From Eledone cirrhosa (taxonomy: Eukaryota): DNA of 64,000 nucleotides. Below the pieces are notes generated by a model. That model worked only from the letters and a program-made list of their open reading frames with translations. It was not told the origin of the DNA and did not search any database. Location of the stretch: positions 169,570,001 to 169,634,000 of the forward strand of contig OZ024741.1 of the NCBI GenBank assembly GCA_964016885.1. The letters run 5' to 3'. Of the stretch, positions 14,690-28,700 are shown one piece after another. The translations under genes were made by a program, and so were the position numbers. Positions within the stretch are counted from its first letter, which is position 1, and each line of letters starts with the position of its first letter.

Positions 14690-17600
14690 TTGGTGCCACA
14701 ACCAAAAGTGCCTAGTTTACACTGTAAAGTGGTCAAGTTCATGACACAACAAAAAGTACCCAGTCCACACTGTAAAGGGGTTGTTTTGGTGCCACAATAA
14801 AAAGCACCCAGTTCAGACTGTAAATATGGTTGGTGTTAGGAAGGACATCCAACCATAGAAACCAAGCCAGAAACAGTTCTATATGAGCAAGACACAGTCA
14901 TCTGATCTGACTTGTTTCACAACAGGACAACTCGTCTAACCCATACGTTAGCGTGGAAAAATGGCTGTTAAACCGTGATGATGATGATGATGATGATGAT
15001 AATGATGATGATGTGTCATCTTGGCAAGTACTGGGGTTGATATAATTCACTTTCCCTTCCCAAAATTGCTAGCCTTGTGTCTAAATTGGAACCACTATTG
15101 TCAGGGCGGTGGATTGGCAGTATCGGTAGAGGGTCGGATGCCATGCTTTGCTGCATAGAGTTACGGCCCTTTGTGATCTGAGTTCAAATCCCGCCGAGGT
15201 TAACTTTGCCTTTCATCCTTATGGGGTCGATAAAATAAAGTACCAGTCACGCACTGGGGTCGATTTAATCGACTTTCCCCTCTCCCCAAAATTGCTGGCC
15301 TTGTGCCTATATAAGAAGCCACTATTATCATTATTAATATTTTTTTTTCCTCTGTAGCAAACTGACTTGCTTACACTTTGCAGCCTGGGATAACTCCAAA
15401 GAATGGTCTATTACTCTACCAGAAGAGGAAGAAATTTTGGTAAATAACAATAATAATTCTATCGTTTTGATAATAGTGAATAATCCCCTCTCTATGTGTC
15501 TCTGTATAATAATAATAATAATTGTTTCTACTTTTGGCACAAGGCCAGCAATCATCCAGTACATTACTGGTACTTTATTTTATCGACCCCGTAAGGATGA
15601 AAGACAAAGTTAACCTCGGCGGGATTAATGGTAATGATTTGTGATTTAAGCAGAAGGCCAACAATTTTTGGGTAGGCAAAGTCGATTAAATTGATCCCAG
15701 TGCATTACTGGTACTTTATTTTGTCGACCCTGTAGGGATGATAATCATAGTTGTTTGTAACAGAAGCACAAGTTTAGAAATCTTGGTTGGCGAATGAATG
15801 GTAATAACTTCTAGTGCTGGTGCCACAATTAAATGCATCCTGTACACTATAAAATGTTTAGTGTTAGGAAGTGCAACCCATCTAGGAGGACAGTAACTCC
15901 AAATAAGAACTGACTCCGTCTCTGATGACCCATCCAACCTATGCCAGCATGGAAATCAGGCGTAAAATTGATGGTGATGATGATTGTGATGCAGCTGATG
16001 GTGATGGTAGTGATGGTAGTGATGATGATTGTGATTGTGATGGGGCTGATGGCTATGGTAATGGTGATGATAGTGATGGGGGTTGGTTGCTATAGTAACG
16101 GTGATGATTGTGATGGTGCTGATAACCATGGTGGTTGTGGTTACTGTGATAGTTGTTGTCTAGCTCAAGGCAAACTCTGAGCAGACCTAATGGTGACTAT
16201 AATGGCAATTATAACAGTGATGGTAGTCATAATGATGATGATCATTGTTGTGCAGTATTGATTAGAGTAGTAATGGTGGCAGTGATGATTGAAATGATGG
16301 CGGTGGCAGTATTGATAATGGTGATTGTGGTCATAATGTGATGGTTGTAGTATTTAATAAGGTGGTAACAATGATGGTTGTGTTAGTGATGATGATGGTG
16401 GTAGTGATGGTGCTGCTTGTGATGTTAGTACTGGTGATCATAATAGTAGTGATAATGGTGATAAAGATGGTAGTAGTAATAACTGTTTCTACTTTTGGCA
16501 CAAGGCCAGCAATTACCCAGTACATTACTGGTACTTTATTTTATCGACCCCGTAAGGATGAAAGGCAAGGTTAACCTCGGCGGGATTTGAACTCAGAATG
16601 GCAAGGGCCGTAACTCTATGCGTCAAAGCATGGCGTCCGACCCTCTACCAATACTGCCAATCCATCGATGGTGCTTTATATTATACATAGCTGTCTGAAT
16701 GCATGGGCACTCTGGGCAATTGCCCTGAGGCCCTATGGAAATTAGAGTCTCATTTTGGTTTATTTATATTGTGATTTTCTGTATTAACCCTTTAGCATTC
16801 ACATTACTCTATATTTACTGTTGAATTTTTGTGGTAAAGGATTTATTTTACATAATTATCTTACATAATATCGAATCTGAGATTTTGATATTATTTATCT
16901 TGAGAACAAATGAGTTAAAATCCCGCCGAGGTTAACTTTGCCTTTCATCCTTTCGGGGTCGATAAAATAAAGTACCAGTAATGCACTGGGTAATTGTTGG
17001 CCTTGTGCCAAAAGTAGAAACAATTATTTATCTTGAGAACACTACGTTGACATTGGTATGAGCAGTTGCTTATGGCCGGGTTGAACAGAAAGAGGTGAGA
17101 GAATTCTTGGCAGATATGGCCGGTTTAAATGCTAAAGGGTTAAACTATACATATTTGTTATTGGAAAATACATATTTATCATGTCTACTACTAAAAATAA
17201 TTGTTTCTACTTTTGGCACAAGGCCAGCAATTACCCCAGTGCATTACTGGTGCTTTAATTCAACAACCCTGTAAGAATGAAAGGCAAAGCTAATCTCGGC
17301 AGAATTTGAACCCAGAACGCAAAGGGCCATAACTCTATGCTGCAAAGCATGGTGTCTGATGCTAAAAATAATGAACAATATTAATGTTGATTTTTATAAC
17401 ACATGAGCATCGGCATTTGCCTCTGATTAAGTATCATGGTCATTTCTCCAACTACAAATGCATGTATATGTTTGTAGCTTGTGCTACATGATGTAAAAGC
17501 TTATATGTTAACATCACTTCAATTCTCTTGACAATTTACTCTGAAATATCCTGTACTATATAAAACTACATTAGCAACACATTCTTGAAAAATACAAAAT

Positions 17601-20600
17601 GGCACAATGACTGCATTACATTAAAAATTAAAATCTTTTACTTTAGTTTACTATAAATTTTCACAATGACCGTCAATAGTGATGATATTATAATTATTTA
17701 AATTAACAAACCCTATTTTAGCCATTTTCTATGAAATCATTACAGAGTGTTAAAAGCTAATAGGGGCCTCAGTGCATTGCCTTGTTAGGGGGGTTATGAT
17801 ACTGTTTATCTGTTTGATACTAAACTACCTGAAACTGCCTTGGGTTCTCATCATCATCATCATCATCATCATCGTTTAACGTCTATCTTCCACGCTAGCA
17901 TGGGTTTAGACGGGAATTGTACCACTTGAGGCAAGATTGGTTGTCTTGCTCGTATAGGACTGTCTGGCGGGTTTTCTACAGCTGGATGCCCTTAACACCA
18001 ACCATGTTTACAGTGTGGGACTGGGAGGTTTTTACCGTGTTACCTACACGGCCACATTACAGTGTGGACTGTGTGTTTTTTTGTCGTGACACCTACACGA
18101 TCTCATTTATTTAGTACTGGATCGTGTGGTACTAACATAACTTTACATCGAAAGGGGGTGGTGTAGATAGGGGTAGTGGGATGGGGGTGTATTTTTGGTT
18201 AAGAGGTGCCTACTGACTGTAGGTCCCGCTTTGTACTTAGGCAAGGCGGGTCTTCTGTATTACTGTGTAGCGCCAAAGATCTCGGTCCAGTGACATTGTC
18301 TTGGAGAGGTGTAAGTGTGTAAGGTCGGAATTTATCAAATCATCCCAGATTTTTCTGGGTCTGCCTACTCCGTAGCTACCATCTATTTTGATCGTCCTGC
18401 ACTTTTTTTATACAGCTGTCGTCTTTCATGCACATCACGTGACCATACCAACGTAGTCTTCTCTCGAATGAACAACATCTGATCCCTCTTATTCCTAATT
18501 TCTCACTTAGTTCATTTATGCTTTGCCGTTCACATCCAATGGAGCATGCAAGCTTCGTTCCTCTCCAGTCTGCGTATATCCTCTGCACACAATGCCCATG
18601 TCTCACTACCATGTAACATTGCTGTTCGTATGCAGACATCATACAGTCTGCCTTTCGTTTTTAGAGAGAAACCTTTAGCGGCCAATAATGGTATAAGCTC
18701 TCTGAACTTTTTCCATCCAGTTCTGACTCTAGCTACTGTACTTTCAGAGCAGCCTCCACCACTGCTGATTTTGTCATCCAGGTAACAGAAGGTGTCCACT
18801 ATTTCTATAGAACCATCTAGGCAATGGAAGGAGCTAGTATCCTGTGGGCACTTGCTACTACTTATTGCACCTGAGCACCGGCCACATATAAAATCTATGT
18901 TCTTAGTTAGCTTACCTGTGATCCGACTACATCTTTTATGTACCCATACTTTGCATTTGGGACATAAAATTTAATTTCTGTCTACTCCTTTCCTACACAC
19001 TGAGCATGGCCGTTTCCCATAGGGGACCAGTGCCCTATTTTCCTTTCTACATACTAGAACTTTAGTCTTAGACAAGTTAATTTTAAGGCCTTTTGATTCT
19101 AGGCCATGCTTCCATGTTTGGAATTTCTTCTCTAGTTCAGCCATTGATTCGGCTATGAGCGTTAGATCATCTGCATATAGAAGTTTCCATGGGCAGCCGG
19201 TCTTGAACTCCTCTGTTATAGCCTGAAGAGCAATAATAAATAGGAGGGGGCTAAGGACAGAGCCCTGATGAACACCAACTTTTACGCTAAACTCTTCACT
19301 ATATTCGTTATTAATTCTAACCTTGCTGACTGTTTCTTTATACATGGCTTGTATAGCTCTCACAAGCCATTCATCAACACCTAGTTTTCTGAGAGCCCAC
19401 CAGATAATGGAGCGAGGGACTCTGTCAAAGGCTTTTTCCAAGTCAACAAAAGCTAAGTATAGGGGTTTACTTTTAGCCAGGTACTTCTCCTATAGTTGTC
19501 ATACAAGGAAAAGAGTGACTGTGTTACTTTTACCTGACACAAACCAAAACTGCATTTCATCTAGCTCAATTCGCTCTCTGATTAATTGCGCTATTACTTT
19601 TTCTGTGACCTTCATGACCTGGTCAATTAATTTAATGCCTCTATAGTTTCCCCTATCTAGGACATCTCCTTTACCCTTGTAGCAGTTAATGATGATGCTG
19701 TTATGCCAGTCCTTTTGTATGACCCCATTCTGTATGACTTGGTTTACTATCCGGGTGACCATAGTGTGTCCCACCGTTCCAGATGCTTTCACATTTCAGC
19801 AACTATCTCCGAAGGCCCAGCCGCCTTGACTGTCTTCATATCTTTGATTGCCTTACTTATTATACTACCTTCAACTTGCACTGCTAGTCCCTCTATTGGA
19901 TCTATGTGGGGCAGACTGTCTTTGTCCCATTTATTCTCCTCATTTAGTAGCCTCTCGTAGTGACACTTCCAACCTACTTTCTTATCAGCGTCAGTGATGG
20001 CAAGTACACCATCATCATTACGGACATATTTCTCCCCGACAATATCACGGTTTTCCTTGACACATTGCCTAGCAATCCTGAACACCTCACGTTTTTGGTC
20101 CTCGCATTGTAGAACATGCTTGAACTTTCTTTCCTCTGCTTCTCTTCTTGCGAAGTACACTTGTCTCCTAACTTCCCTCCTGGCCACTTGATCGTCTTCT
20201 CTACTTCCCCCATCCTGCCATACTTTCCAAGCCTGCTTTTTGGCCTTGATTGACTCCTCCACCTTACTGTTCCACCACCAAGTTACTCTCCTCCTGCCTA
20301 TAGGTCTGCTCCAGCCACAGATTTCATCTGTCGCCTTCAGCAGGTTAGCTTTCAGGAATTCCCACTCTTCCTCTATATTGTGCGACTCTAATTGCTCTTC
20401 CTTACCGTCAAAAGCATCAAGTAATATGCTTTTAAATTTATTACTGCCTGTGGGGTCTTTTAACTTCCATATTCTTCTCCTTAGGGTAGTCCTCCTCTGT
20501 TGTCGAGTACGTCTCGTCCTGACTATGAGGTCGCTAACTATGAGGCTATGTTGGGAGGTGCATTCTTCATGGGGGAGGGATTTAGTGTTTACAACAGACA

Positions 20601-23600
20601 CTCTGTCACATCTTCTGGTAAGGATATAATCTATCTGACTGGCTTGTTCCCCTGATCTATAGGTGATCAAGTGATTGTCTCGTTTTTTGAAGTTTGTGTT
20701 ACAGATAGTTAGGTTATTTGCGTCACAGAATTCCAGGATTCTGGAGCCTTCCTCATTTCTAGTACCAAACCCATAGCCGTCATAGCCGTCACAATGTTGT
20801 CCAACGTGACCATTTAGGTCGCCAGCAATAATTATGTAATCACTGTCAGTTATTTGGGAGGGAGTGAGCATTAGTGACTCATAGAATCTGTCTTTTATAA
20901 CGCCAGGAAGTCCGGATTGGGGTGCATACGTGAATATTATTGTCACAGTAGTTCTATTTAGGACAAGTCTTATTTTAATTATTCTGTCATTCACTCTATT
21001 TACGTCTATTATCTTATCTACCCATTTTTCTGCTACCATGATTCCTACTCCACCCAGCCCATTGTCATTTCCTACCGAGAAAAGTTTATAGCATCGTTTT
21101 TTACCCACAATGAATCTAGCAGACCCACCCCTCCACTTGGTCTCTTGAATACAGCAAACATCAAGTTCCTTACGTTCAAGCATCTTTACAACCTTGTTAG
21201 AGCAACCTTTTAAAGTGCCTACATTCATGATACTAACTCTGAAGTTTTGGATTTCGTTCTGTGGGTGGAAAGGATGGGTTGGAGGTGCAGGGAGGGGTGA
21301 GGGAGATGGGGTTATGTTAGCCATCCGCGTTCGAAATAAAGAGGAGGAGTCCTTGCATTCTCGTCTGGCAACATGAGGTGAATTTGTCTTTATCTTTGGC
21401 ATTGTCATTGAGTGTCCAGATTTTTCAGACTCTCCAGAATTCCATAGTCCATCTAGAATATCGAAAAGCAACCAGGTCTAAACTTAAGAAGTGATATTAT
21501 AAGCTGCTGAATTATGATTGGACCAAATAATAATGGTGGCGAGTGGGGTCTGGGGGAGTTAGCGAGAAGGTTATTTTATAATAATATAATCCTAGAATTT
21601 CGGCCATAATTAAATGAGCATATAACAGTAATAAGAGTAAGAGTTTAATACAAGTAGAAGATCATTTTCGGGGGTCTGACAGAATCATGGGAGTTTAAAA
21701 TACAAGAAGATTGTTTTGAACAATCAAACAGAATTATCGAATAGCATTGAAAAGAAAAGATTGGATTTTGGACGATATAATACAGATAGATGAATGGACC
21801 AGGGAACATGGAGAGATGAGAAAAAAGTAGGATGAGTACATTACATTTCACAAAAGAGCGAATAGCATTGAAAAGAAAAGATTGGATTCTGGACGATATA
21901 ATACAGATAGATGAATGGACCAGGGAACATGGAGAGTTGAGAAAAAAATAGGATGAGTACATTACATTCACAAAAGAGCGAGCGAGCGGTGTAGCCAAGC
22001 TTAAGGGATCGACAAATTCTGAGTTTCGTAGCTCACAACAAGTTTATTTTATATTTGGAGAGAGGGGAGGGGTGAAGAAGAGGAGAGGGTTGGAAGAAGT
22101 TTCGAGAAGGTTATTTTATAATACTAGCAGTGGTACCCGGCGTTGCACGGGATAAGGTATTTTGGAACGCGGGCCGCCAATAGACCTAATCGTGGAGAAA
22201 CTGCATGCCTGGACAATATGTAAAGAAAATCAACCGAATACTCTGATGGCTGGATAATCTTTAAGATTTTCCTCAATGAAGCAGGAAAAATACAGGTTTT
22301 CACCTAAGGGATCAAGAAAATGAATTTTTTTTATGTGCATAATATGCCTTGAAATTTCGGGAAAAATCGGCTAGATGTAATGTCTCCAAAAAGCCCTAAG
22401 AAGCTGAAAAAATGAAGTTTTTCACCTAATGCGGGCCTTAGGCCATAAGAAATTGGATTTTCTTTGCTTACGGTATGAAGAAGAGACTGACTAATACATA
22501 GTTACAATTTCAAGGAAATCGGTCTGACATAACGCCTCAAAAAACCCCTAAAAATGTTAAAAAACGCAGTTTTTCACCTAATGCGGGGCCCTAGGAGATC
22601 AGAAAGTTGAATTTTTATGTGCATAACACTTCCTGAAACATAAGTAATACACATGTAAAGTTTGAAAAACATCGGCTGGGTACTTCTCAAATTTTAGGGA
22701 TTCAAACTCGCAGACAGTCAGACATACAGACAGATATTATAAGGACGCGACGTTATATGTATGTATCTATCTAAAAAGAGAAACACTAAGAATTATAGAG
22801 CGAGATCGCTAAATCGCCTAATGCGGACCCTAGCGCATTGAAAATTTGAAATTTTTTTTTGCTCAGAACACTCCCTGAAACATAAGTATTACATGTGCAA
22901 AGTTTGAAAACAGTTGGTTTGGTGCTTCTCTACAATACTAACCGGTAAAATAGTAACTTTTGTTCTCATAAAGGCACGTAAGTAAACAAACTGAAGCTAT
23001 TATAGCGAAACAGATATTATAAGGGCGCGACGTTATATGTATGTATCTATCTAAAAAGAGAAAGACCAAGAATTATAGAGAAAGATCGCTAAATCGCCTA
23101 ATGTGGTCCCAAGGGCATAGAAAATTAGAAATTTTGCTCAGAACACTCCCTGAAACATAAGTATTACATGTGTAAAGTTTGAAAACAGTCGGTTGGGTGG
23201 TTCTCGAGTTTTAGCGATTCAAACTCACACACACACAGACAGACATCCTCAGTTTCATATATATATAGACTAGCAGAAAACCACCCGGTGGGCGGTTTTC
23301 TGCTAGTATATATATATATTACACACACAGAAATGTATATATATTTCTGTGTGTATATATATATATATATATATATTACACACACAGAAATGTATATATA
23401 TTTCTGTGTGTATATATATATATATTACACACACAGAAATGTATATATATTTCTGTGTGTATATATATATATTTCTGTGTGTGTATATATATATATATTA
23501 CACACACACACAGAAATGTATATATGTTTCTGTAGCACTCCTCAATTCCCCCCTCTCTCCCTCCCGCTATCCCCCTCTTGTAGTCTGTCTCTTTCTTTCA

Positions 23601-25715
23601 CTCTCACTCTACGCGTGCGCAAAAAACATTCGCACGCGCGCACGTGTTTTAGCGTCTATTCACTCTCTCTCTCTCCCTCCCGCTATCCCCCTCTCGTAGT
23701 CTGTCTCTTTCTTTCACTCTCACTCTCTCTCTACGCGCGTGCAAAAAACATTCGCACGCGTGCACGTGTTTCCACTGTCGGACAGACAGACAGAGAAATT
23801 GCTGGTTATATATTATAAGGAGATAATCCTAGAATTTCGGCCATAATTAAATGAACATATAACAGTAATAAGAGTAAGAGTTTAATACAAGTAGAAGATC
23901 GTTTTCGGGAGTCTGACAGAATTATGGGATTTTAAAATACAAGAAGATTGTTTTGAACAATCAAACAGAATTATTGAATAGCATTGAAAAGTAAAGATTG
24001 GATTCTGGACGATATAATACAGATAGATGAATGGACGAGGGAACATGGAGAGATGAGAAAAAAATAGGATGAGTACATTACATTAATACAAAACTGCTTG
24101 TTTTAAAATCTTTATCATCATCATCACTGTTTAGCATCTATTTTACATGCTTGTATGGGATAGATGGGCTGTCACATTATGAGGCTAAACAGATCAGCTG
24201 ACCACATCTTGCTCATATACTCTGTTTTGGGAGAACATTTTTCAATGTCGAAAAGGTCCTTTTTAGAATACTCTGCAAAAGAGATTTCTTCCAGATATAT
24301 AGGCAGTTGCTTTATCTAAACAATCGGACAATATGTGGAACCAAAGTAACAAAAATTAAACTTAAATCGGATATACACTCACTTACAATATCAACTGTGT
24401 TGCTCTGTGTTTGCTGGTAATGGTTTGATTTTTTTTTTGTGTTTTTTTGGTTTTTGTCTTGTTTTTGGTCTTTTTTTTATGGAGAATGCCCTTCCACATT
24501 TCAGCATCTACAGGGAGCTTTTTTTCATAGTTTACAGGGTGGACTGGGTGCTTTTTTTGTTCGTCTAGTTTGTATTCATCGAAAAGCTTTCCATTGTAAT
24601 TTTACATTAGAAACTTCTTTAAGCTATGTTCCAAACACCAGCTTAGTAATGAGTAAGTTAGTAAAATCACTAAATCCCTTAAAATATTTGATTATTTTCA
24701 GTCTTTTGAAAATTATAAGCTTTAATTTTCATTAGAAATATGGTAACGAAAGTATTAAGACAGCTCTGATAGTATAGAACCTACTGACGGCTACCTACTT
24801 TTGTTTTTAACAGGCTATCACTGCCACTGACACATGGGTTGCTGTGGCCACTAGTATACGACTTCTCCGACTTTTCACCATCACTGGAGTTCAAAAAGAA
24901 ATCCTCACTCTTGCAGGTCCTGTCGTTTGTCTATCTGGTTTTAAAGACTTCTTGATGGTTGTCTACCATCGAGGTGGTGGTAAGTACACTACAGACTTTT
25001 TATTTGGGAAGATTGGTTTCTTTTATTTTTCATGGTTTTGTTTACAAGTGGATTATTGTTGACTTCCACCTTGTGTATGTATGTGCGTGCACACACACAC
25101 ACTTATATATATATATATATATAATTAAAATTAAGCTTCAGTATAGCTGTATACATACGTGTATGTGAATTTAGTATATCTAAAGATATGTATGGTATGT
25201 TTGATAAATAAACATTTCGAAAGGCCAGCTGTGAATAGAAAGGGTGACGGCCAGTGCCATCTAGCGGATTCCAACAGAAGCAGCGTAGGATAACTGTCTA
25301 TGCATTTCGAGCTCTGGCTCAAAATGCATAGACGGTTATCTTCCTACACATACATACGCACACACATACATATATATATATGTATATATTTGGCTTAGTG
25401 GTTAGAGCATTGGCCTTGCAATCGAAAGGTTGTGAGTTCAATTCTCAGACCGGGCAAATGTGTTGTTTCCTTGAGCAAGGCACTTTATTTCACATTGCTC
25501 CAGTTTACTCAGCTGTAGAAATGAGATGATAGGGACTGGGGTCCCTATCATTCCACTGCAAAGTGGTCGTGGAGGTGCCACGGCAAAAAAAGCACCCAGC
25601 ATTCACTGTAAATGAGGTTGGTGTTAGGAAGGGCATCCAGCTGTAGAAATCAAGCCAAAATCAGTTCCCGTCCCACCCTTGCAAGCAGGGAAAAAGCTGA
25701 TGTAAAATGAAATGA

Positions 25716-25765
<50 letters not shown>

Positions 25766-28700
25766 TTTTATTGTGTTCTTTTGAATTTATATCCAGTATC
25801 TGAAATTCTTCCGTGGTTTCAGGTCTTCCTGGTGAGCAGTGTTTGGGTGTTGATATTTATCAAGTGACCTCCAAGAAGAAATGTCTTTTGAAAGATCTAC
25901 TTCCCCTGAGTCCGAAGTCTTTTCTATGCTGGGCTGGGTAAGTCAATACTTTATTTCATGTTGCTCCAATCCACTCAGACTTGTCATACTGAATCTCCCT
26001 GAGAACTATATTAAGGGTGGATGTATCAGCTAAATGCTTAGCCACTTGCACATTAATTTCATAAGCAGTTTATTCCATTGTTCGAACACTTGAAACACTT
26101 GTTGTTGGAACTGATGGGGGTCCTTCAACAGAAGTCAGTTTATCAGAAATTTTTCATCACACTATTGTGATCCTATCAATGGTCTCTCAATCTCCCTTCT
26201 TCAGCTCTGACCACAGCAGGTTCTTCCAGAGAAGGAAAGAGAGGAAGTGAGAAAGAGATAGGGGGAAAGAGTAAACCCTCAGTACTGGGCTAGTACTTTT
26301 TTTTATCTACCGTGAAAGGATGAAAAGCAAAGTTGACTTTTGCGTGTTTTGAACTTAGCATGCAGAGAGCTGGAACGAATATTGCAAAATATTCTATCTG
26401 CCATTGTAATGATTCTGCCAGTTTTCCATCTCAAACGAAAGTACACTAATTCCACCCAGTTCACTTTGAGACTCCCATGTCACTTGCAATTGTAAATGTA
26501 GTGAACCAGTGACTGTTTTGTTAGGAATGTGTAATTGATGGTATTATTCTTCCTAAAATACACGACTTAGAATCATAAATAAATACATTGTTTGAATTTC
26601 TGTTGCTGAAGTGTCTTCCTTTGTTTCTTTAGATTCTCTGCTGAAGGTACTCCATTCTATATGGATTCCAGTGGCATGCTAAACATGCTGAACCGAAAGT
26701 TTGGTAACTGTTGGACACCAGCATGTGATACAAAGACTTTTGTAAGTATAGTAGTTGTCTACATGGGTGTATGGTAGAGAGGTTTACTTCACAATTAATC
26801 CCATAGTTCTGGATCTGATTCCACTGTATGGCCCTCTAAGCAAGTGTCTTCTACTAAAGCTTTGTGAGTTAAATTTGATAGACAGAGACTGTGCAGAAGC
26901 CGCTCATCTATCATCATTTTACATCCAATTTCCATGCTGGCATAGTTGGATAATTTGTTACAATCTGAGTCAATGCTTATTTAGAGTTATTGTGCACATG
27001 GCTTAGTGGTTAGAGCATTGGCCTTGCAATCGAAAGGTTGTGAGTTCAATTCTCAGACCGGGTGAAATGAAATGAAATGAAATGAATGTGGACTTAAATG
27101 GGCCGGAAGACCATGAATTTTATAACATTAAAATATTTTAGCACGGTTTCTATGGCAACCACTTTAGAGAGTGTATTGGGTGCTCCAACACTAGAGAAAT
27201 GTTATATTCTCAGCAAACCTAAAGGGTCTTATATCCACCCTACATTGTCTCCTTTTTATCAACCACTTTACAGAGTGTATGAGTGAAATATTTTATCATG
27301 GCACCATCACAGGTATGGTTGCTTTGTTCTCTGTATGACTAAGGAATCCTCGCTATGTTATCTCCATTCACGAAAGATAATATTTACAAGAGGGTGATTA
27401 AGATAGAGTAATGATAGTTACTTTCACTATCTCTAGCAAGATAGTGAAAGAAGCAAGAGACAGTATGATAGAGGAGCTAGAGTGATTGGTGCAAGAGGGT
27501 GGAGTGGGAGTAATGGAAGAAAGACTGTGATGGCAGCTATACATTCGCTGGCAAAAGAAAAATAGAGTAGTTGATGAATAGTTACTTCAAATTCATATAT
27601 TTCATTGTGTGTATATTGGACAAGAACAACCAAGAGACCAGGGTATTTCTAAACAATTAGCTTAGTAGGTTAAAAGTTCATATTTTGTCATTAGTACTAA
27701 ATTGTGTCTGTGGTTATGAGTAATGTTAGAGAAGACATAAATCAAATTTATCTAGTCCTCATACATATACATAGCAATAATAAACTTAGAACAGAGGATT
27801 GGATGTAAAAACTGTTATTAACTCTTTAGTATTTACACCTCTTTCTGTTCAAACCAGCTGTAACTGGCCACTCATACTGATGTTAAGGTATTGTTCTCAA
27901 AATAAATAATATCAAAATCTCATAGATTCAATATTATGTGAGGTAAAGCCTTTACTGCAAAAATACAATAGTAAATATAGAGTAATGTAAATGCTAAAGG
28001 GTTAAAACATGAAGTGTCCAGAAAGCTACACTTTATTACAAAAAATACAAAGAAAAAAATACCTTTGAGAAATGCAATTAGTAGGGCCAGAATCCAATGA
28101 CAAATATTTTCCCTACTGAAAAAGCTAAGCAAATAAAGAACGAGGCAAAACAATCCAGCTTGTAACATTCAATCTAATCCAGGGTTTTCTCCTCCATGTA
28201 AATACAGTAGTAAATATAGAGTAATATAAATGCTAAAGAGAATTGATGAGAGTACCAACTTCTACAAGTTTCTAAAAATACTGAAGTCTCAGTCCTCTGG
28301 AATTTCAGTATTCAGGCTTGGAAATCCATACCATTCAGCCAGATATTTTCATTATAAATTTTGTTGAAAAAACTTTAATTCTTATAGCTCCAGCTGCTAA
28401 AAACACCTAAAAAACATTTGAGAAACTCAGTAAATACTGGGACTTTGAAATAGAAATTACTAGAATGTGACATCTGAAAACAATTACATTAACCTTTAGT
28501 TATTAGGGCACTAAGACTGATATCCAAGGAGGAAAATGATTATATAGCCCAAATTTTTGGCTGCCCTAAAATCAGTGAATTGCAAAAAATCATTCACATA
28601 GGTACTATAAACGTGGTTGGTGTTAGGAGAGGCATCCAGTTGTAAAACTCCTTGCCAAAATACAGTTCCGTTTGAGCACGAGGTACGGCACGGCCAACTG

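Larger units (their letters stand above)
17848..24084 (-). mobile_element. RTE-clade LINE, family A, near full length but frameshifted; 5' region duplicated and interrupted by Helitrons
   Basis: ORF 19789-21471 encodes an APE endonuclease (NVGTL, IQETKW, YAPQ, GDLNGH, IDYIL). RT pieces at 19499-19792 and 18971-19441. Closely similar to the 10691-13091 copy. (GAT)n tail at about 17848-17872. Confidence 0.92.

Noticed and set aside
23164-23818. ORFs of 73-176 aa within the Helitrons
   Set aside because: Low-complexity (TA/CA/CT) repeats with no Rep or helicase motifs.
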